This document shows, piece by piece, positions 39,776-51,715 of a DNA stretch of 64,000 nt. Within the stretch, counting starts at the first letter, position 1. The number at the start of each line of letters is the position of its first letter. Under the pieces are notes generated by a model. It was not told the origin of the DNA, did not search any database, and saw nothing but the letters and a program-made list of their open reading frames with translations. The DNA is taken from contig CM052816.1 of NCBI GenBank assembly GCA_028534125.1, positions 84,756,001 through 84,820,000 on the forward strand, in the 5' to 3' direction. Position numbers and translations under genes: made by a program. The DNA is from Lama glama (Eukaryota).

Positions 39776-41463
39776 CTATCTTTTTATATTTGGGTAACAC
39801 TATGCTACTACTTTTGACCAATGGACTGTGCCTGGAAGTATTTCGGGAACAAATAACGTTATGCTTGTATGCTTTCCCACAACTTTTTCTCCTGCCCCAA
39901 TGATCCTGAAACCCCATATTGAGATAAAAGTGCAAACATATCAATGCCTCCTAAAATACCAAGCCAGCACGTGAACGATAGTTGAAGAGAGATTTACTTG
40001 AACACACTTTTAAATTTGAAGGAGTGAGACATAAACTTTGTTTTACTACACAACTGAAATGTTGATGGGTCTTGTGGCAGCTCAACCTAACCTATTTTGT
40101 CTTATACAATTATTCTTATTAAAAATATAAAACAAGCTATGGTTTTGTGAAATAATATATGTAAACAGTAAGTTATAAAATAAATATCAAACTCTAAAGT
40201 TGGTGAACTCTGTCCTTTTATACCAGAATACCTCTGGGCAAAGCCCAGGAATTGTTATTTTTAAAGGGTTCACCAAGTTCATAGCTATGGCTGAAGACCT
40301 CCTTTAGTGAAATGAAATCTGTACATAATTATGAAAATGTTTCAGTGAAAATCTGTTTCAAAACAAAATATATGGAAAATTTATCATTACAGAAATCGTT
40401 ATTTTTCTTCTCCAGAAGATAATTTATTTTTTTTTCGGTGTGATTCCATATCATCATGCATGATTTGCACCTGTTGATGTTTTGCAAAATTCTTCGTTTC
40501 TAAGATGATTGCTTTGTGTAGTTTGCACTTCTTCTATTTGAATTTGCATCATCCTCTGAAAAACTACTTGTTTCTGAGCTAGGGTTCTCATTAAAGTTTT
40601 CATGGCTGATTGCAGCTGATGTGCACCATATAATCACAAAGCTTAGTCATATAGCTTGGAACAAGTATGGCATCTAGTCTTTCTTAGAAAGTAATTAGGC
40701 AAAATTTAACATCTTTAAAATGAAGATCCTCTTCTCTTTAAAAAAAGTTATTTTCCACCTGTCTTCAACTTCATTTTCATATAACATTTTTGCTTTTTTT
40801 AATCCCCCTAAAGTTCTTTCTGTGTTCTTCTATTTTTACTTTATTTTGACTCAGCACCCTCAGTAACTTCTACATCTTAAAAAATATATATTTTATCGTT
40901 TCCCTCTGAAGCAATGGCTTTAATGGCTTATGATTTAAAAATCTGTCCTCATCATTTATTTTCTTTCTCAAGAGAATTCTCCTCATTGATAATACCGTCA
41001 TTTAATACAGTCTTCCCCTATAGTAACTTGCAGTAGTATTGGTTTTCATCCATTGTCTCATCCCACAAAAGTTTTGGTTGTTCCTTTAGGAAAGATTTTC
41101 TCTTCAATTCATATATAAGCATGACACATATGAGACCCACCATGAGCCTATTAAGTTGACAAACAATTCAAAATGTTAGTTAAGATGTTGTGCAAAGGGA
41201 GTATTCAGAAAAGCTGGGGTAGGCATGGAAAAGTTGAAGACCTGTCAACTTCTTTACTTTACAGCGTTGTACAAAAAGAAACTATTCCTAAGAGTAATTC
41301 ATGTCCTATACTATCTATCATGCAATTTCATACCATTATTAATGCATTGTCTTCCTAATCATACATTAAATTAGAAACTTCACATGTTGAATTGTTAATC
41401 TTCTGAAGATGTCTATGATGGTTAAAAGCAATACATTTTGCAAGATTTTATTAGTAAGCCAGT

Positions 41464-41885
41464 TGTTATAGCTTTAGTTGTCTTTCCCAAATGATATGAT
41501 GAACTCCTTAAGCCCACTACCTCAGAATGTGGTCTTGGATGGAATTAGCTAAGATCAGGTCATTCTGAATTAAGTTGGACCTTAATTCAATATGATCGGT
41601 GTTCTTATGAGGAGAGAAGAGACAGACACACAGGGGGAATGCCAGGTGATGATGGAAGTGAGACTGGAGTTACACAGCTGAAAGCCAAGGAGTAACAAAG
41701 ATCGCCCCACAACAGAAACTAAGAGCAGATGACTGATTGTCCTTGAGCTTTCAGAGAGGACGCTTACTTGTCAACAACTTGATTTTGGACTTTTAGCCTC
41801 CAGAGCTGTGAGAGAATAAATTTTTATTATTTTAAGCTACACAGTTTGTGGTATCTTGTTACAGTAGCCCTAGAAAACTGAAACA
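41464..41885 (+). mobile_element. MLT1C solo LTR
   Basis: TG...CA ends; TGATTTTGGACTTTTAGCCTCCAGAGCTGTGAGAGAATAAATT; flanks CCAGT/CAAGT give a 4/5 TSD match. Confidence 0.88.
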
Positions 41886-44542
41886 CAAGTTAATGATAAC
41901 ATTTCATCTAGTTTGCACCCCATCTTGCTCTGAATTTTTGGGCTACAGAGCCCTCCCCAAATATCAACAAACCCACCTGTATTACGGTTTATTCTATTTT
42001 GCTTTCTGCTTTTGATTTGGGAGTATCATAAAAATATGTTAGCAACGTAATACATAGATAGCTTTACCTTCATAAGCATGAATATTGAAAATTCAGTCAA
42101 TATATAGCAATATAGTAGACTAGGCTCTGTCCATTAGGTTTTAAGTATCTATTCTAATAGACCAATGCTCATTTCACACCTGTCATTAAATATTTTGACT
42201 AGCACTCCTGGAACATATCATTAAAATTGTCACCTTTATAATTAAAGAACAATCCTAGATAGTTAAATGACCATAAAATATTCAAGAAAAAACAGAATTA
42301 AAAAAATAAAAAACAAAAAAACCAATAACTTAGAAGACAATCTTCCAGAATGGACTTTCAAGTAACATCGGACTAACTTGGAGCATAACATTAACTGCAT
42401 TGTGACTATCACATTGAAAATGCCACTTGTATTCTTATTAAAATACATTTAAATATCTGTGAAATCTTATAAATGTGCACCAGCAGAAAAACTAAAATTC
42501 TCTGTAATATCCATGATTATCAACTATTGAAGAAATAATTTCAATCAGTATCTTGATTAGAAGTGACAATGCACCAAAACATAATAGTCAACTGGTAGTT
42601 AAAATCATTCTTTGACATGAGAGGAATAAAACATTTTTATAGTCTGTTTTACTTTATTGAAACAGTTACCTTTAGATCTTTTAAATGTATTTAGAATTGT
42701 TTTACTTTACTACTGCCTTGGATTTTCTAGAAATGTTTGGGATTACGATTAAGGCATAACAACCTAAAGAAGTTTGGATTCTTAATTTTAAATGTCAGGG
42801 AAATTCTTTTTTGAGTCTTCTCGCCCCTGTTATTTTCCTCGTGATTACGGCAGTTAGCTGTGTGCTGGAATGACTCTCCTGCTGTGGTGTTAATCAGATG
42901 AGAGAAGACCCTGCTGGGAGTTGTGGTAATTACACTGGGATAGTTCATCTCTTTTTGAACTCTCTCTAGGTCTTCATTTTTCCTAACAGCAACAGTGATA
43001 CTAATTAAAAATGGATGTTAATTATAAAAGTTTAAAATATCCTTCCTTTACAAGTTAGTATAATTTTTCCACCAATGAAAGAGATAAGTTTACATTCTTG
43101 TAGCTCCTTTGTCTAGCTCTTTGAAATGAAAAAAAAATTAATACGACTATTTTTGTAAATGATAAATCTTTCTTTATACAGGATCATATTTTTTAATCCT
43201 CATTTAGGCATATTTTGGTGCCTCAATCTTTTTCATTTATTAATAACTAAACCTTACATTAAACTTTATAGCTAATAAAACTGGCATCCTGCTTACAAAA
43301 AGAGTAGAATGTTTACTGAGGCTTTGAAAACCAATCTTTATTTATAGTGAGTTACTAAACATCAACTAGCTGATGTTTTTTTTTCTCCTAGAATGACAAA
43401 TGCAAATAGAATTTGATGTTAATGTATGTATATATCCATTGAAGTGTTTAATCAGAACCTCTTTTCATCATTGAATTTCAATTTCTAAAATACCTGGTAT
43501 TGCAAATGAATGTGAATAATATTTACTAATAAAACTATCTCTGAAAATAATAAAATAAGCCTAATAAATAATAAAAGTAATAGAAACATATGTTGGTCAT
43601 ACATAATGAAGAAAATTGCTGGTAAAATTGTGCTAACAGGATATAAATAGCGATATTATCATAAGAAAATATTGTGCATTTTACATGCTTAACTTAAATG
43701 TGAAGAAACAATTCAAAAATTGGAACTATTAGTTGTGCTTTGATTTAAATTTAGTTTTTTACTTGTCATAGAAAGTATTCTTTAAAAATGTCCAGAAAAC
43801 ATCCTCTGAAGAATAAACACTTCTGACTCAAAAGCACCAGATAAAGTTCTAGCAATTATTCCATGAAATCTGGGACAAAGAAGCTAATTGAGTATATTAC
43901 GATAAAACTCTAGGGGGAGAAACAACAAGTTCAGCAGAACTGTCAAAGGTTTAGAATATCTCTACCCTTTATAGGATTAATCTCTCTGGAAGCATAAGAT
44001 CTGAAGCAAATCATGAAAGAAGAAATCACATTTAAAGTGCTAATGTGACTGAAGAGGTTGTCATTTTAAGGATAACCATAGTATCTTTAAATGTTAGATA
44101 CTCAAAAAACTAGGGTTTTCAATTTAATCCTTCATCAAATTCTTCTAAAATATACTTACACATTTTAAATCCAATAGGTTAAATAATAATATATTATTTA
44201 AAATAAATTTTATTTCATAATTTTAAAAATATTTGAGTACTGTAATTAAATAATGCCACGTGCAGCATAATTTCTTAGAAATTTTTGATATCCAAATTTA
44301 GTTAACTCTATGATCACCTTTGTTGATTCTGAGATTCCTTGGTTTTAGAACTCAGAATATATAGATCATAGTAAGAACCCATAATTCAGATTTAATCTGC
44401 TTACATTGTTCCAAGAATGAACAATCTGTGAGGGTCTGGACTTCCAATTCCTTACTAGACTACCAAAAATGGCTTTGATAGCCATGAACTCTAAGTGACA
44501 CCATTTAAAGAATTGAAATTCAACACAATTTGAAAAAGGCCT

Positions 44543-45258
44543 AATTCTTGGTGTTTACCTAAATAAGCTGAAAACTTACATCTACACAAAAAACTGCATA
44601 TGAATGTTTATAGCGATTTTATTTATAATTGCCAAAGCTTGGAAGTAACCAAGATGCCCCTCAACGGTAAATGTATAAGCAAGCTGTGGCACACCCAGAC
44701 AATGAAATATTAATCAGCAATGTAAAGAAATGAGTTGTCAAGCCATAAAAAGACGTGGGAGAATCTTAAACATATATTGCTAAGTGAAATAAGTCCATCT
44801 GGAAACGCTGCATGTTGTATGATTCCAATTAGCTGACATTCTGGAAAAGATACAACTTTGGAGATAGTAAAAAGTTCAGTCGTTGGCAGGGATTCATGGG
44901 AAGGGAGAGAAGAATGAATACATAGAGCGCAGAGAATCTTTAGGACATTGAAACTACGCTACACAACATTGTAATGTTGAGTACATGTCATATTGGTGAA
45001 AACCCATAGAATGTACAACACAAAGGGTAAACCCTGATTTAAACTATGAACTTTAGTTAATAACAATGTATTGATATTGGCTCCTTAATTGTAACAGGTG
45101 TTACACTAACTCAACATTACCAGAGTAACATAATTACAGGAGTGGACTGAGGTGGGGATGGTGGTGGTGAGGAAGGTATAAGGACTCTATACTTTCTGCT
45201 CAATGTTTTTGCAAACCTAAAACTGCTCAAATTGGTCCATTAATTTTAAAAAGAAAAA
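44543..45258 (+). mobile_element. L1MC1-like 3' end (ORF2 tail plus 3' UTR)
   Basis: AAACCCATAGAATGTACAACACAAAG..TAAACTATGAACTTTAGTTAATAACAATGTA..ACTTTCTGCTCAA..AACCTAAAACTGCTC and an A-rich tail. Confidence 0.9.
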
Positions 45259-45824
45259 GATGGATTAGTTAAGCTTCTTAGATTCAGTTAAGTTAAGACA
45301 AGTGTAGCTAATTTAACAGAAATAAAATAGGGATTTCAGATATCTAAATATGTTCAGGAAAATAGGCTTTGAGGTACCTTAAAACAACAATGGAATTATA
45401 ATGCAGAATTATCTCAGCATCCACAGGTACAAATACTATTCTGTCTGCTGCATGACTCTTCTCTTTCTACTCCCAATGCCAAGGGTCTACTTTAATTAAG
45501 TAGAAAAATTTACAAAGAAAAATTTACATTTTCATATGTTCCTTATTTTTTTACTCTCCCCCATTGCTTCCCTTACTAGTCCCATTCACACAACTTGTAT
45601 AGTGAGATTTAACATACATAAATTTTCTTCAGATTCTTCATTGGCATAACTCAGTCTAGAAACACAGTTCATTCCTTAACTTGAGAGTCACAGTCCTTCA
45701 CAATGTGATCCTTACTATCGCCTCTTACCTCTGAGCTTAGTCTTAATATAAGCAAATGGTGACTCAACTGTTTGTAATTAGCTACGTATGTCATCCTCTT
45801 CTACAATTCCAATGTAAGCTGAGA

Positions 45825-46040
45825 AGCCAGAGTGATATACAGTAAAGACACATAGCAGGGATTCAGATAAATCTGAATATGAATCCTAGTTCTGCCTCTT
45901 ACCTATAACCGGAGCAAGGGCATTTCTCTGGGCTTCAGTTTTTAGATGTGTAAAGTGGAGATAACGTATCTGACAAGGATGTGATGAGTTATAAGCAATT
46001 TAACGTAGCTCAAGAGTCTGGTACATGTTGTTCAGTGAGT
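45825..46040 (+). mobile_element. MIR
   Basis: TGAATCCTAGTTCTGCCTCTTAC..CTCTGGGCTTCAGTTT..TGTAAAGTGGAGATAA. Confidence 0.75.
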
Positions 46041-46579
46041 TCGTTTTTATCTGGATCCTGCACAGACCTCCTGTAATCCACCATTTTATTCATTCAATTA
46101 TCAATTATGAGTACCTATGCACCAGACAATGCACTAAGAAATCAGAGTACATATTTCTACCAACAGAACAACCATACTTCCTTTGATTGTCCTTGTCCCT
46201 TTCTTTTTTTGTTGTTGATACATCTAATCCAAATGTTTTTCTGATCTTACTTGTCTGATAAACTATATTGGCAGACTCAAAAATTTCACATCCATTTTCT
46301 CCCTCCCAAACTTCAGAAATTTACTCAAGTTAGTCTTCGTACTGCTCGTATGCACATCCATTATGACATTTATTACTTGAGTTTGATGTATTTATTTGTT
46401 CTTACTGTTAGACAATAAACTACTCTTGTATTACAGAGCCTATATCTTATCATTTTATTAGCTCCCTATGAGAAGTAGCACATAATAAATAAAAAAAGAG
46501 AAATAATCCTATCCTCAGATGTTTTAAAGCAAATATTTATATTTCTCCATGTATATATATTTAAAGCTACATATGAAGC

Positions 46580-47215
46580 ACTATGTTGAAAAGACTGTAG
46601 ATTAAAAAAGTATAAAAATTATTGCTAAAAACTAATTTGCACAGGAAAAGCATTTCCATGGGAAAAAGAGTTGAATTGCAATGTAGAGCTCATAGTTTAT
46701 TTGACTAATTAGTAGTTCAGGTAATAAATTCTATAAGAGTTCAGGGAAGAGAAACATCACTGTGGATTACTCCAGTTAAGTGAAATTTCCATGGAGAATT
46801 CAACTTTAATGAGAGGAGAGAAAAGGCAAGGACATTCCAGGTGGTAGGAACGAAGTAAACAATGGAGCAGAGCCAGGGATTTGCAGCATATTTTATGGGG
46901 AAAATTAAATCAATTTTCTAAAGTAAAGAATTCACTTAGGGAGGTAGTGAGTGATAAATTTGGAGACATACAGACTGCTTATGAGAAATTTGAAGGCCAA
47001 GGCTTTAGTGGAGCTGTATGATTTAGGTAGAGGAGAGTTATGACAGTTGATTCAGAAGATGGAGGTGCAAAGCATTTTTTTTCTGGAACATTTGGTCTGG
47101 CTTTGAGGTGCTCGACAATCGCCTTCTGGTTTTTCTCTAGATCTGGAGAAGTAGTTAAAAAGCCAATGCTGATAATATTTATGTGAATTAATGAGGACTA
47201 AGACTAGAGTTTTGG
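46580..47215 (-). mobile_element. L2 fragment
   Basis: GAGTTCAGGGAAGAGAAACATCAC..GCAAGGACATTCCAGGTG..GAAGGCCAAGGCT purine-rich L2 antisense. Confidence 0.6.
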
Positions 47216-47429
47216 TACATCTTTAGCCTTCTAGTAAATTTCATTCACTGTTGATACGTCAAAGTGATAACAACATCTCCAAATAAAATATAAGAAGTTC
47301 TTTTGAAAGGCATATAGTTTCCATAGTTGTTTTCAATTGTATTTATTTCCAAAAGAAACCTGAAATAGACTGTATTAAAATCACAAGGATTCTGTAATTG
47401 TTTGAGATAAATTATACGTGTACTTCCTT

Positions 47430-48120
47430 TTCATTCATTAAACATTTGAATTATTACACTGTAGAAGAGAGAAAATGAATGGAATAATTTTTGCTTTCAC
47501 AATGTTTACAATCTATTATGGAGACAGTTGAATTTATCAATAAGATATCAAAAATGATGAGTGGTAGTTGTGTTTATAAGAAACAAAAGTTTATGGGAGT
47601 ACTTGATTTATTCTGGCAGGAATAATTAGAGCAAATGTCACTGCAAGGGTTGCGCGTAGGCTCTGTTTTGAAGTATGTGTGAAATTTTGAGCCACAGAGA
47701 TGGATAAGTGCGCAAGGGTAAGAACGTCAAATTAAATACAGACAGAGAAAAACACGTGTAGGGCAGATATTGAAATTGGCAGGGTCCACTGCGGTCTAAA
47801 TAAATGATGAAAGGGATAGCATCTTGAGAAATAAAGAAGGTGAGATCGACTATGGTTATGTCACTGGCGTGTGTGTATTTGTGTGTGTGTGCACACTTGA
47901 GGAGCAGGGTTTTAAATATCACTTTAATAATTTTGTATGCTCTTTTGGATGGAGTGCAGAGCCATGAGTGAGGTAAAAAGAAGGCCAAAATCAGAGTCTA
48001 AGAGTGACGTGCTGGGGCTGGATCACAGGCATAGCACAGAGTTTGCACTCTGATGTAAGTATCAAGGAACCACTGGAGATTTGAGAGCAGAAAAATGGCA
48101 TGGTTCATTACATATCTCTG
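47430..48120 (-). mobile_element. L2 3' fragment
   Basis: TCATTCATTAAACATTTGAA..TTTACAATCTA..GGAACCACTGGAGATTTGAGAGCAGAAAAATGGCATG. Confidence 0.6.
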
Positions 48121-50600
48121 TCAGTAAAATGTAAGGGAAATACCTCTATTAGTAAAATGTAAGGGAGTCTGGAAATGAAATGTTGGGAAAAAACACAAAA
48201 AGACCATTGTAAAAATTTCTACAAAAGTTCGAGTAAGATGCAAAGTTGCCCTGAAACTCTGCCTCCCTCCAAACACAAGGTAAGGATGTGCAGGGAAAAA
48301 TAAACTGGGTTCTAAAACACAATATCTGGTTATGCAATCCACAATTTAATACTGTAGTATCTATTTAGGCAACTAACAGTTTGTTATAACAGTATTTTTT
48401 CAGGTACAGGACAAAAACTAATTATATACCTAACCAGCATATAAAGGAGGAGAGCTTTTCTTTATTTTGCCAAAAAACAAAAAAAATCTTCTATTTAAAA
48501 GTAATATTAACTAACAAATCAATATGAAATGTTGACTTTTAGTATTTATAAAGCATAGCCATAGAGATACTGGATATTTCAAAGCTCTTAGAAGATTAAG
48601 TGTCGCTGTAGTCAAATGCATATAAGGGCTATATATTTCTTGTAAAGATATAATCCTCTTGTATAAATATAATTGCTTACTGGTGATGCCTTGTGTGTCA
48701 TGATGTCAACTCTATTTTATATACTATAACTTTGTTTTAAGTTGAAGAATTATTAATACAATTTTTTCAGTTTTCCTTACTAGAAAGTGTGATGACATAT
48801 GTTTCAGAACAGAGTATTCTTTATTGTTAAGATATTTTAATTGGAAAACTACATTATATCAGCAATTAAATAATCTAAGAATTTAAAAGTTTACATAAAA
48901 AGCATAGCCTCAACTTATTTTATCTGTCATAAAATCGAATTGTGCGATGGTTCTCTCTAATCTTGACGTCTCTATAATCTCTATAAGCTTGTCTTCATTT
49001 GGACGGTTATCTAGTTTTAACTGCCTTGTAAGCTATTTCAGAGGGATTTCATCATTCCTATATTTGTTTTTCTTATAATTAAGAGAGTCTTATTTTTTAA
49101 TATAGTTTGCTAACTGATTTACAGACATGTACTTACGGCTTTCCTACATTTAGACAATTTAGTGTGTAAAAATTAACTCCCATAGTCTTCATCCTTATTC
49201 AAGGAATCTTTAATGATATTTTACATATCCTTCTTCCCCTTTGTGGAATATATATAGGAACTTATAAGCCTATGCTTTTCCAAGGATACTACTACAAGGA
49301 CAACCATCATTTTGTTTGAATTTAGTTCTTTATTTTTAAAAATGTACATTGTCTAAGTAACATTCTGTTACTAAATGCCAATTGAATTTCCACAGAATTA
49401 TTTATATGATTTTGATTAATAAGATAACTGACAGGTAGCTCTTTCAACCTCTTTTCTGAGTTCCAAAGACTGTAAATAACCTTATGGGTTTAAAGTTTCT
49501 AAAGGAATATCATACAGATTAGAATCGCAGAAGTTTCATGAAAACTACTAACATCCTTATCCGTAGTTGCTGATGTTTAAATTGTATTTCGGTTTCAATA
49601 CCTTTTTAATGGATGTTAGTGTTTGTAAGTCATTTTGTGTACTTTCTGTGGGGAATTATAACACTACATCATCTTGGACTGACTTGAAGTGGATCAGTCA
49701 AATAATTGGGTTCTTTCGGAAAGTTCATTTGTGCTAATTCTGTTTTTTTTTTAATTTTATAAACTGAGGTAGATGAGTCCTCTTATGAATTATTGGGCTT
49801 ATTCTATTTCATTTGTCTCATCTATTTTTTCTTCTAAGAAATTTTTGTTTTTAAAGAAAGCTTTTGTAGTGGTGGTTTTGGTTCCTTTCCTTCCTCCCCC
49901 ACAATTGTATTTAGGAAAAGAAAAAAAATCTTTGGAATTCCAATCATTGGATTCCAGGTTGTTTTATATCACAAAAGTCTTATCTAATGTCATGAGAGAG
50001 AAAAAAATTGGTCATTGCAGATGAATTGGTAATAAACAATGTTTCAGGAATCTTATTTCATATTCTTACACTAAGACAGAGAAAATTCTCTTTCATAGTC
50101 TTAGAGTAAAATAATGCAGGAGAGCAAGGGCATCTGTGTCACCAGGGTGAGCCCCCCAGTGGGGCAGGACTATTTCCTAGAAAAAGAAATACACCAGCTT
50201 CACTTGCTGACATGAGATTTTTGAGCCAGAGGTGAGGATTGAGCTCACCAGAGCCTGAATCCGTAAAATGGGACAAATAAGTAAGGAAAAGGATCCCTTT
50301 TGGCTTCTAAGGCTTGGTCTGGTGGCTTGAGCTAGATATACAGCTTTATGTAATGGAATATGTACATAAATAATCTCCTAATAGAGTAGGATAAGAATAA
50401 GGTCTATACCCCAGCTTCTCATCCTGAAAACTGAACTAAAATACCTTCCCCACTCCCTTCCCTGAAATTACGCCTTCAGATTTTGCAGATTGACTGAGGA
50501 ACTGCTGATAGAATTACAGACTCAGGGGATGAAGACAATGAAAATAGATTATATTATGTTCTTGGAACGACACTTACATACACACACCCATACATATATG

Positions 50601-50828
50601 CAGTTGACTCTTAAAGAATGTAGGATTAGGGGCACTGATCCATCGCAGTTAAAAAATCCATGTATAATCATAGGCAGCCCTTTGTTGATATGTGGTTTCT
50701 CCACACTCACGGTTACATCTGTGCATTCAACCAATCGTGGATCCTGTAGTAGTGTAGTATTTATTGAAAAGTATCCACATGTAAGTGGATCAGTGCAGTT
50801 CAAACCCATGTGGTTCAAGGGACAACTG
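50601..50828 (-). mobile_element. Tigger2a-like non-autonomous TcMar element with both TIRs
   Basis: Left end CAGTTGACTCTTAAA; the right end reverse-complements to CAGTTGTCCCTTGAACCACATGGGTTTGAACTGCAC. Confidence 0.88.
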
Positions 50829-50843
50829 TGTATGTGTGTAAAT

Positions 50844-50872
50844 ACACACACACAGACACACACACACACACA
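50844..50872. repeat. Interrupted (CA)n microsatellite
   Basis: Read directly. Confidence 0.9.
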
Positions 50873-51126
50873 GAGATGACAGCTCTGCATGTGTATTACC
50901 TCATTTTTATTTTTAATGGTAAAAGCAGAGGCTTTTCAAGGTGAAATTTTTAGCAAAGAGTAAAAAAAGATAGTAAGAATTTGGAGAGCTGAGAGTCAAT
51001 CCCAATCTGTGGGATTTCAGTTAGTATTTTCTTTCTGCTGTTACCCTGCCACCAAAAATGAAAGTTATCTGAATATAGTAAGGTATAATATTTAAAACAT
51101 GTTTATCTGTTTCCTAGATTGGAAGG

Positions 51127-51522
51127 CATGTTAGTTTGCTAGGGCTGCTGTAACAAGGTATCACAGACTCTGTGGCTTAAACAACAGAAATGTCTCTTCT
51201 CACAGTTCTGGATGTTGCAAGTCCAAGTTCAAGGTGCCAGCAGGCTGTGTTTCATTCTATGGCCCTTCTTCTTGACTTGAAGATGGGCCTCCTTTTCACT
51301 ATGTCCTCGTGTGGTCCTTCCTCAGTATCTGAGTATCCCCAGCATCTCTTTGTGTGTACACATTTTCTTTTATAATGACATCAGTCAGATTGGATTAGGG
51401 CCCACCCTAACAGCCTAACTTAATTACCTCTAAAGGTCCTATTTACAAATACAGTCACATTCGGAGGTGCTGAGGTTTGGGACTTCAACATATGAATTTG
51501 GGGGCACAATTCAGCCCATAAT
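51127..51522 (-). mobile_element. MLT1A/MLT1B-like solo LTR
   Basis: TTAGTTTGCTAGGGCTGCTGTAACAA..CTCACAGTTCTGGA..GATTGGATTAGGGCCCACCC..TTCAACATATGAATTTGGGGGCACAATTCAGCCCATAA. Confidence 0.92.
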
Positions 51523-51544
51523 TCAGAACATTCAGAAGGTAATT

Positions 51545-51715
51545 GTGGGTTAAATTAAAAGGCATTAAACTTAAAAATCAAAAAATCTGGATTAAAATAG
51601 TTTCATGATATTTCATAAGCAACTTGAAATCTCTGAACCCCAGTTTTCCATTTGCATATGGAAATAATAATAACCATCTCAAGGCAATTGCTATATGATA
51701 ACATATATAGAATCC
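51545..51715 (+). mobile_element. MIR
   Basis: TCTCTGAACCCCAGTTTTCCATTTGCATATGGAAATAATAATAACC. Confidence 0.6.

Noticed and set aside
50490..50890. Overlapping 129-aa and 113-aa ORFs on opposite strands
   Set aside because: Explained by a Tigger2a-like MITE plus flanking CA repeats (HTHT/CVCV runs).
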